64,000 bases of DNA from the human T2T-CHM13v2.0 reference genome, Homo sapiens, in the NCBI RefSeq assembly GCF_009914755.1, contig NC_060927.1; one strand, written 5' to 3'. This document shows, piece by piece, positions 1 to 9,788 of the stretch (its first letter is position 1; every line of letters starts with the position of its first letter). Under the pieces are notes generated by a model. It was given only the letters and a program-made list of their open reading frames with translations, ran no database searches and had not been told where the DNA came from. Both the position numbers and the translations under genes were made by a program.

Positions 1-473
1 ATATTGACTGCCCAAAAGCCTTACCCTTCTTGATGTACCTTGAGGAATGGAAAGGGTCCATCTGCTGGAAAGGAAAGGGCTTGAAGTTTAAGTAAAATGA
101 ATTTAAATGGGGTTTAAGGTTTGAGAACCTTAGTAAACTACTTGTCTTCCTTGCTCTTTCTTGTATTTGCTTCACTGTGCCATAAGTTGAATGGAGTCCT
201 TTGTTTTGGTTCATCTAACTGCCTTATTTAATGTGTGTTCTGGACCCTTCCCAAGAAATGCTACAGATTTAAGTTGAGGGCCTGGGATTGAGAGAGAAAC
301 AGACCTTGTAGGTGTCAGACAGCCTACTTTAGCTCAGCCAAAGATTTAGGCATCTATGCTTTGCTACAGTTATAAAACCGGGAATCTTCCCACCCAATAA
401 AATGGAAGTTTTTATTGAGCTTTCCTTTTAAATAAAAAGAAAACTTGGAGAATAAACCTTCTGTTTGTCATGC

Positions 474-492
474 CAGCCACTAGAGGGTAGAA
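474..492 (+). promoter_or_regulatory. Candidate CTCF motif
   Basis: cagCCACTAGAGGGTAGaa closely matches the CTCF core CCACYAGRGGGCR. Confidence 0.55.
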
Positions 493-569
493 TAGCCACA
501 TTTCCTACTACAGATGTAATTTAAAGAGAGGGACTATGGTCAGAATACATTTGCCAGTGCTTGTCAATA

Positions 570-1246
570 CAGATGCTTTTTGACTTATGATGGGGTTAGA
601 ACCACATAAACCCACTGTGAGTTGAAAATATTAAAAGTTGAAAATATGTTTAATACACCTAACCTACTGAATATCATGGCTTTGCCTAGCCCACCTTAAA
701 CATGCTCAGAGAACACTTACATAAATCTACAATTGGGCAAAATTGTCTAGCAACACAGCACACTGTAGAGCAGGGGCCTCTAAACCCTGGGCCACGGACT
801 GGTAGCAGTCCATGGCTTGTTAGGAGCCGAGCGGCAAGCAGAAGGTGAGTGGCAGGCAAGCGAGCATTACTGCCTGAGCTCTGCCTCCTGTCAGATCAGC
901 AGTGGCATTAGATTCTCATAGGAGCACGAACCCTATTGTGAACTGCACATGCGAGGGGTCTAGGCTGAGCACTCTTTATGAGACTCTAGCTAATGCCTAA
1001 TGATCTGAGTGGACAGTTTCATCCTGAAACCATCCCCCCAACCCCCCGCCCATGGAAAAATTGTCTTCCATGAAAACAGTCCCTTGTGCCAAATTGGGAA
1101 CTGCTGCTGTACAGTATCGGTTGTTTACCCTCATGATTGTGTGGCTGACTGGGAGCTGTGGCTCACTGCCACTACCCAGCACTGGGAGAGAGTATCTTAC
1201 AGCATATTGCTAGCCCAGAAAAAGATCAAAATTTGAAGTACCGTTT
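570..1246 (+). mobile_element. MER47B-like (Tigger/TcMar) DNA transposon, interrupted by MER1B and 3'-truncated
   Basis: TA|cagatgct..gacttatgatggggtta terminus. Resumes after 1114 with tatcggttgtttaccctcatgattgtgtggctgactgggagctg. Confidence 0.8.
771..1106 (+). mobile_element. MER1B (hAT-Charlie)
   Basis: Typical body (tcagatcagcagtggcattagattctcataggagc), cagggg/ctgctg termini, 8-bp TSD ctgtagag/ctgtacag. Confidence 0.92.
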
Positions 1247-1254
1247 TAGGGCAC

Positions 1255-1385
1255 AATTAACCAGCAGAAGAGTTTGTTAAAATGCAGCTTTCTGGGCCCT
1301 ACGCCCCCAGAGGTTCTCATTGGATAGCTCTGAGTGGAACTTAATATCAGGGGATTCTCACACAGGTATCTTGGATTTTACTCTG
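1255..1385. mobile_element. MER5-like hAT fragment
   Basis: gtttgttaaaatgcagctttctgggccctac..cagaggttctcatt resembles the MER5A core. Confidence 0.5.
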
Positions 1386-1746
1386 AGATACGCTGATCTA
1401 TAAGAGTTTTGGGGCATGCATTTTTGCCTATCTTTTCTCTTGGGATTACAAAGCAAAATGATTATTTGGAGGAAAAAAATCTTAATAACAGAAACCAGGG
1501 TATAGGAAAAAGCTAGAGTGTTGGTTAATTTAAAGGTCTTTCCCTGCCTTTGTCTAACATATTTCAAAGGAGACTCACTTTGTAAATATTCAGAATCAAA
1601 GAAGCTACTAAAACGTTTTTATTGGGAGTTTTACTTCAACCAGTAAAGACCATAGAATCCTTAGACTACAAATCTCTAAAATTTTTGATAAAATATCCCT
1701 TCTATGACCATCTCACAGCTCCCCTAATTTTATCCTTTATGGGTTA

Positions 1747-2076
1747 TGTATGTGGTTTAGCTCTGTGTCCTCACCCAAATCTCCTAACTGAAATCCCCGT
1801 TTGGATCGTGGGGTGGTTTCCCCTGCTGTTCTTGTGATACTGAGGGAGTTCTCATGAGACCTGATGGTTTAAAAGTGGCAGTTTCCCCTGTGCACTCTCT
1901 CGCTCTCTTGCTGCCAGGTGAGATGTGCCTTAGCTTTTCTTTGCCTCCTGCCATGATTGTAAGTTTCCTGAGGCCTCCCCCAGCCATGAGGAATGGTGAG
2001 TCAATAAAACCTTTCTTCTTGATAAATTACCCAGTCTCAGGTATTCTTTATAGCAGTATAAAAATGGACTAATAAA
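1747..2076 (+). mobile_element. THE1D-like solo LTR (ERVL-MaLR) with a small internal deletion
   Basis: tggtttagctctgtgtcctcacccaaatctc ... ccatgattgtaagtttcctgaggcctccc ... aaattacccagtctcagg ... aaatggactaata. Confidence 0.9.
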
Positions 2077-4639
2077 ACTGGTGTCATGAAGACCCCAAGC
2101 CTAATGTCTTAGCATTGTAAAATATAGTTGTGGAGACCTTACAAAGAGTGTATGTAATTTTATCATGATCTTGATTGAACAAGTATCAAGATTCTTTCTT
2201 ATGTGTACAGATTCAAGTGTAGTAATGCACAATGTCCTTCTAGTAAGGATGACAATTTTATTTTTGTCAGTGCCCCTAGAGAGCAGTGGCATCCTCCTGG
2301 GGAAAGTTTTGCCATTGCTTTTAAATAGAAAAAACATGATAAAATCATTCGAATCTGTGATAGGATTCTACCTTTTAAAGAGTTAAAGAGATAGTGGGAA
2401 TGTGAGTAAAATGAAACTTCGTTCTGAAGCGAGGACTTAGACCAATGAAAGAATGGTATGAGTTTTTCAGAGAGACGAAAAAACAGTCTATCTTCTGTGA
2501 GCCCTCATGGACCAAAGAATACAGCCCTCCACCCCCACATATTTCATATGAAGATTTCTGAAGATTTTCCAGTGTCACTTCCTCTTTCCTTCCTGGTTTT
2601 TGGGGGAGTTCTATGATTATCTGTCAATGAAAAAGGAAGTTCTGTAATCTTCCAATCTCTTTCTCTCTCTCCTCTCTCACACGCACACAAAAAAATATAA
2701 GAAATCTTTTCAAAATTAAAGGCCAGAAATCTACATTGTGTCATTTTAGGTGTAATTCTATAGAAAAAAAGATGTTTTGCAGAAATTATGCTGCCTTTAT
2801 GAACTTTAATTAGTAACACTTGTAATAATCTACACGTTATTAATCTGTCTCCTAAAATTTATTTTGATGCTGATACAAATTATTATACTGAAGGAATCCT
2901 CCCAGTAGAGGTACTTCTAAAAGAGGTATTCCTTGAAAGTTTGGTAAATTTCCAGTTATGTTAGATTAACTACTTAGGAAGCCTCTATATAGTTAAAATC
3001 TGGAACAAATGATTAAATGAGAATTTGTGCATTATCATAATAGAACACAAGACTTATGGTGTTAACTTTATTATAGAGAATTTCTGTAGCTCACATAAGA
3101 AATTGAATCCTTTCAAAATGGGTGGGCTGATGAATAGCCCAAATTTGGCTCCCAAACTCTATTAGTTACAAGTGTGCCAAGAATGGATTTCTTCCCTCCC
3201 CCCGTCCCCCACCAGCACTTGGGACAGCCAAGAGGAACCTGGGGTGATGGGAATCCCTTGGCTGGTTATCTCTGCCTCTTTATCTGTTTCCCCCAGTGCC
3301 ACACAAGCATGTGTTTTGTTTATGCCATTATGTGACAAAGTTGGGAAGACTTTGTTCTTAAATTCTGATTTCCATTGTTCATAATTTTATGATCAGTTGA
3401 TCGATGCCTTCCAAAATATTACATGTACCCACTCTCAGTAACTAGAAAAAGATCTCATGAAGCAGCAGCATTATCATTGTCTGTTTTGAAAGAGCTAAAA
3501 TTAAGTTTGCCATTCCTTCTAGAGTTCTGGCCCAAGGTGACTTAAAAACAGTTTTAATAAACATTTAGACCATCATGTATTTTGTAATACAGTTGGGTCA
3601 CTGTTGATTCCTAAGATAAATGTGTTTAAACAGAAGCTTTCTCATTCATCAGCAGCCTCAGCTTTCATCCAAATTTATTTAATGATGATGCAAGCCCATA
3701 GCGTTGGTGTTGCAGTTCGTCACCATGGAAGTGTTTCTGTCAACAAATCCTCGCTTTACTATCATGAAATTGATTTTGCAGGGGAAAGGAGGATAATTGT
3801 GAAAGCTTCCTTTTATTCTTAAAGATCTTCACAGTTTGCCTGGATGTCTAAATGAATTGTATTTAAAATCAATAACTGGCAATAAAATTAACCACACTAA
3901 ATTAACAATTATGAGGTTAGAAAAAGGGAAATGGCAATAAGCTACTTTGTCTGAAATCGTCGTTTTGGAATGTGACTTGGGGACCATACTTGTAATTTAA
4001 ATGTTCCCTGAAAGCTGTTGTTCTCTGCTCAGAAGTATGGATTATCCCCAGGGACTCCCATGAGGCAGATATCAGAATTTCTAGGAGGATTCGGCTGAGT
4101 TATTCTCATCTATATTGTAAATGGCATAATAATCACAGAAGAAATTCACACTATATTACTTCTTTCAACTAACATACTGTATTTTTTAAATATGCCTTTT
4201 CTATAGCTTATGTTCATAACTATCTTTGGCTTTTATTTGCTTGTTTAAAAAAAACTGTAAGAGGTTAAAACAAAAAAAAAAACTGTAAGCTTTTGAATGC
4301 AGGCCCCTTATGAACAGGGTAGGTAGCACCTACATTAAGTAATTCAAACTGTTTTGGGAACCCCATAGGAAAAAGAAACAAGAATGACATTTTCTTTTTT
4401 TTTTTTTGCTTTGAAGTAGAGTGTTCAAGAGTTTATGTCACAGTGGCTGGTTCCAGATTTGGTTGTAGACATACATGTTCTATGGGAGGTTTGATCTCTG
4501 GTAGAAATACAGTCAACTCTTGATTTGTCAACGTAACTATATTTCCAAATGTACTTTCTCTGGCTTCCTATCACATGTCAGAGCTTTTTAATTTTATCAT
4601 CTGCTTCTATGTGCTCATGAAAACCAAAATTATTCGGTA

Positions 4640-4770
4640 GTATTTTATTTCATTATTATAAACATTTAAGTTCCTAATGTAGTCTAAGCACTGTGCTGGG
4701 CTCTTAGAGATACTGAAATATATCCCAAGCATGAAGTTATGTTTGCTTCTGAAAGATCTTATAGTTCACT
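4640..4770 (-). mobile_element. L2 3'-end fragment
   Basis: aaacatttaagttcctaatgtagtctaagcactgtgctgggctc..agatac. Confidence 0.5.
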
Positions 4771-4974
4771 TTGAAATCAAAGAGATGTAATTTTTATTTA
4801 TTTGAACCACTTTTCTCTCCTCTAATATGTGATTAGAAGTTGACCATAAATGGGACATAGGTCCTGTTTGTTTTTAAGGAAGAATTAATAGAGACTATAA
4901 GCAAAAGACAAAATTCTATTGTACATGCAGAAATATAACACAGAATGACCAAAAGAAAATTCAGCAAGCAATGG

Positions 4975-5320
4975 TAAAAATAACAAATTATTTACTGTTT
5001 TATAATGTTAAAGTATTTCACCAAGACAAGTTGCAGTCAAATTAAAGTGAGTTATGGAAAATGAAATACATAAAGATGTATTTATACAAGTGCAGACTAA
5101 ATATTTTCCATACAAGTATGTAAATGAAAAGATATACAGTAAGTGCACACTCGATATGACTATGCAGGCAACAGTTAGTTTCAGATACTCTTGTATAGTT
5201 CATGCACAAACCTTCCCAAAGTACGAGTTCAGTCAGTCTTGGGGGATATGGAGGGATGATTAAAAAAGGATTGAGTTCCTTGCAAAAATATCAGTATGGA
5301 CTGGATGAGGGTGAGCGTGG
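4975..5320 (-). other. FILIP1L: 3' UTR of the read-through (intronic polyadenylation) FILIP1L isoform
   Basis: Follows the TGA at 5323-5321. Multiple UGUA, variant PAS hexamers TATAAA (5004-4999) and AGTAAA (4996-4991), then a U/GU-rich tract. The end position is approximate. Confidence 0.65.
4991..5004 (-). terminator. Candidate non-canonical polyadenylation signals (TATAAA, AGTAAA)
   Basis: Minus strand cattataaaacagtaaataatttgttatttttacc with a U/GU-rich downstream element. A canonical AATAAA also occurs at 4798-4793. Confidence 0.5.
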
Positions 5321-8117
5321 TCAGTTATATATATTACTTACTGTAATTTGTGATTGTCGAGGAAGAGGTGTGGCTGTTGGTGTGATAGTAATACTGCTGG
5401 TGACTTTATTGGTTGTTTTGTTTAGTGCCCCGTTAATTAAGCCTTGAGTTCGGTTATCCTGCAGTGGTGCTGAAGGGCTGGCAGGTCTCACAGGGCTGGC
5501 TACAGCTTGCATGTAAGGACTTCCTAAGTGAATGTGGATTTTATTATCCTCAGTAGTTATCACACTTGAGCTATTGCTGTTTGAACGCTGAAACTGCCAT
5601 GATGACTGCCGGTCTGGGGAGACTCTGAATATCGCATGCTTGGCACTGATTTCTGTTGGTTCTGGGGAGCGTCCCTGCTCAGGAGAGCTAGCTGAACCAG
5701 TCACAGCCAAAACCTGAATAGGGGACATTGTCCTTTCTGGAGTTAGAGAACCACAAGACTCTGGGGTCTGTGCTCTGGCAAAGGTTGCCATGGTAATTGG
5801 GGACATGCCTTGTTCTAAATTCATGAGGTCTTCGGTAGAGGTTTTGGACTTTACTGGTGTTATGGAGGCGTTTTGGAGGATGGTTATCCTTTGCTTTGGC
5901 GTGCCACAGTTCGGTATCACTGCAGTACTCGTGTAAGAGTGAGGACTCTCTGTGGTTGGACTTGTGATTTCAAGAGTGGCTGTGTTTTGTACATGGTCTG
6001 GAGTAACCTTTATATGAAGTGGCTGCCCAGGTGTGTGGCTTAGGACTAGATCTCCAGGTTGCACAAAGTTGGCATTGGGTTTAGTTTGCATTTTTCCATT
6101 CTGAAGATGGCCCTCCTTGGATTTCATCCAGGGAATCCATAGCTTTCTGTTAACAGGACATGGAGTAGACTGGCTGCATTTGAAGGACAGCACAGATCCC
6201 TCATCATTAGGGTCCTCGTCTTGATTCTCACTCTCCTCATATAACTGACCATTGATGACTGCACGTTCCAGAGGAATGAGGCTCTTGTAATCAGGTGGTT
6301 CATTGTCTACTGCTTCTGTCTGAACTTCTTTAGAAAATACTTGAGGATCGGAAATTCTTCTTCCATTGAGACTAGGCCTGAGGCTCTTACTGAAATGCCG
6401 GTACCTCTCTAACTCCTTAGTGAGGTTTTCAATCTCTCTTCCTAAATCTCTGTTCCTGTTTTCTTGTTGATTTAGTTTTTTTTGCAGGACTGAGTGATCT
6501 CCCTGGAGGTGACATATTAGGTCTTCAGTTGCCATGTATTCATGAATTTTCTCTTTTAATGCATCCACTTCTCTTGAGAGGTGCCCTGACTTAGCTTCTT
6601 CTTCTTGAAGCCTTTTGAAAAGCCATTGTTCATGGCTGGTCTCTGTCTTTTCTGCTAACTTGTACTTAGCAAGTTCCATTTTAACATGTTCTAGCTCTTT
6701 AGATAAAAATTGAGCTTTGTCTCGTTCATTAGCATACCTTCGTTCTAGAGTCTCATATTCATCTTCTGTTTTCATGAGGTCATCCTCAATGGCTTTCATG
6801 TCCTTTAGCTTCAGTTTCAGTCTTTCCACTTCTTGAGAGAGCTCCTTAATCTTATTGTTTTCTTGGTGTAATGCTGTTGTGGATTTCCCAGAGTCTTGAT
6901 TTAATTTGTTTTTTAGGAAATCTTTCTCAATTGCTTCCAATGATTGAAGCCTATTTTTCAACATATTAACTCTTGACAGGAGATCATTTCCTTTCTCTTC
7001 TTCCGCTTTCAATTTGTTTTTTAAATCATCTCTCTCCTTGGTTACGCTGTACATCTTTTCTTCTACATCGGTTTTGGACTTGAGCGCCCTTTTAGTTTCC
7101 TCAATTAACTTCTCAGTAACTGTTGTTACTTTATTTTGCTCCACTTGAAGCTGAGAAGAAGCAGCTTGTAATTTATCTTCAGTTTTCTTTAATTTTTCAC
7201 TCATTGTTTTCCGTTCATCTACAAACATCACAGTTAATGTTTTCAGTTTAGTTAAATCCTCTTTTAGAGTGAATTCTGTCTTTTCTAGCCGACTTTCAAT
7301 GGCTTCTAGCTCTTTGATCCTTACTTTTAAACTCTCCAGTTCTTGAGACAACTGCTTTGTGGTCATCCTTTCTTTTTCTAAATTGCATTTCAGAGAGTAG
7401 CATTCTTGTTTGCTTTTGTTGAAAGCGTCTTCTAACTTTTCCAGAGCCATAATTCTTTTACTGAGTTTTTCAACCTCTAGTTTAAAGTCTTTACTCTGTA
7501 ACGTCTCCCTTTCAAGCCTCTTATTGAGATCTCTGCACTGCTCCTCCATTTTTATGAGCTCTTCATCTTTCCCTTCCATATCTAGCACACGTTTCCTGAG
7601 CTCTTCCACTTCAGCCATGATACCAGCGTTTCCATATTCTCCCTTACTGATTTTTTCTTTTATATCTTGCAGCTCCTCTTCTGCTTTTCGTAAAGACCTG
7701 TTTGTCTCTTCTAACTCATCAATCTGCCGGCTGAGTGCTGCCAGCTTTTGTTGAAGCTGGCGATTTTGACTGTCCTCATTGGTGAGCTTCGCCATAATTG
7801 TGTCTTGGTCTTGGTGAAACTTTGTGGTCTGCGTTTGCAGTTCCTTCTCTAGTCTGGTTGCCTTCTGCTCTTCCTCCTGAACTCTGGCTTCAGCAAGGGC
7901 TAGTTTGGTATGTGTTTCCTTTGCATTTGTGGTCAGCTCTTGGATTTTCTGTCTTTGAAGGGTGAGCTGTGCCGTCAGCCTTTGCTGTTCATCCACCACC
8001 ATCAAAGCAAAAGACTTCAGCTTGGTCAGCTCCTCTTTCAGGGTGGTGACCCTTTTCTCCTTTTCTTGCTCCTTCTCCTCCTGAGACTTGATTTCTTGAT
8101 CAATTAGCTTCTTTAAT
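5321..8117 (-). CDS. FILIP1L: FILIP1L large coding exon: about 580-aa coiled coil followed by a Ser/Thr/Pro-rich C-terminal region. The read-through form ends [11 protein letters not shown]. First in-exon AUG (MVVDEQ) at 8002 gives 893 aa.
   Basis: 938-codon ORF 5321..8137. The translation is recognisable as FILIP1L (RLKKLIDQE..., [30 protein letters not shown]). The ORF start MHFTFF lies in the polypyrimidine tract; the exon begins after tttttcag at 8117 (phase 2). Confidence 0.96.
5336..5344 (-). other. FILIP1L: Internal 5' splice donor (ACA|GTAAGT) allowing an alternative last exon outside the window
   Basis: Perfect GTAAGT at 5341-5336, phase 0, six codons before the read-through stop. 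FILIP1L isoforms with different C-termini are known. Confidence 0.88.
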
Positions 8118-8135
8118 CTGAAAAATGTAAAGTGC
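8118..8135 (-). other. FILIP1L: 3' splice acceptor of the FILIP1L large exon
   Basis: Minus strand reads gcactttacatttttcag|ATTAAAGAAG, with AG at 8119-8118. Confidence 0.92.
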
Positions 8136-8464
8136 ATTTTATTTTGTGATTGATGCTTTAGTAACTCATCGAATGTACTTAAATATATATGTAATTTAGA
8201 AATTATGTAATTATATGAGCTGTGTCAGTTCATATACAATATGCAAAAGAGTTCCTGAATTTGATGACAGAGGAAAATCTTGATAAAGTTATCTTGCTTT
8301 TTTATTTGACTACCATTGATCAGTAACAGCTGCATTTCACCAGGAGCCTTAGTAAAAGAGTAAGGGCAAGAATATTTAGTTTAAATTGCTTGGGTAACAT
8401 GTAATTAGTAGGCAGTCTGGCCTGAAGGCTGTGAAAATAGCCACAAGCTTGAGATGATGCAGTT

Positions 8465-8665
8465 AGACCTGGCTTCAAGGCCGACCCTACTCTTACCAAC
8501 TAATTGATCTGGGCAGTTATTTAACATCTCTGAGCCTCAATTTCCTCATATGAAAAATGGGGGCAATAATTTTATTTACTTCAGGGGCTTTTTATGAAAA
8601 TTAAATGCGGTAATTCATCTAAGATTCTCATTGTCCTGGCACATGGTAAGCATTTGGTATTAGTT
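8465..8665 (+). mobile_element. MIR
   Basis: MIR core gggcagttatttaacatctctgagcctcaatttcctcatatgaaaaatggg. Confidence 0.8.
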
Positions 8666-9480
8666 GTTGCTGCTGTCTTTATTAATATGGTTATTATATT
8701 TATCAAATGGCTTGCTTGAACCAAAGTGTTCAATTAATGTTTGATGTTCAAGTCCTTGATTCTTAGTTAAGAAAAAATTTAGTCACATTGCTTAGAAGTT
8801 ATGCACTTCACTGATAGACCTCTGTGCCAATTAAAACTTGGTTTGCACTAGCACAACATTATTCTAGGAACTACTTCACATATATCTTATCCTCATAGTG
8901 GATAGCAATTAAATGAGGAGAATTGAGAGACATCTGTATGGGTTTGGTGTTTTCATAACATTTGAGAAGAGCATGCGGTTTGGTAGGAAAGTGCTTATTG
9001 ATGAGAGTCTGATGCTAGACATGACAGAAGAGAAACTCTGTTATCAGGAACATAATAATTCCCTCTTAAATGATGACTACTATGACATGCTATTTTCTTC
9101 TTTTATGTTTTAAATTTGTCAGCATAACAGGAGGGTATTTTACATGTAGTATAAACTATCTCTTCCACTTAAGTAGTGAGGTCAAAGTTTTAAATTTGTG
9201 GCACTCTCAATTATACTGCGAATGGGCTGATTATAGAGGATGTAATTACAGCTTTGCAGTACTGTTATACAGAAGCTAAAATAGAATGGAATCCCTAAGG
9301 AATTGAACCAAAGGACTTGTCATGGATGAAGTTATGACTACTTACATTCTGATAGGTATAGAGAATTCATAAAACTTTAATGTATCTTTTCTATTAGGAA
9401 TGAGTTAATTATCAAATGCATGTCTATCATCCTTATCACAGAACTTACTTTTTGAAAGTTGTGTAAGGATTTGAGAGAAC

Positions 9481-9788
<308 letters not shown>

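Noticed and set aside
7410-8107. Plus-strand ORFs (114 and 65 aa) and 5202-5447 opposite the FILIP1L exon
   Set aside because: Antisense shadows of Glu/Lys-rich codons with low-complexity Ser/Leu/Phe output.
8118-8137. ORF-track N-terminus MHFTFF
   Set aside because: It lies in the intron's polypyrimidine tract upstream of the acceptor AG, so it is not the true start unless the intron is retained.
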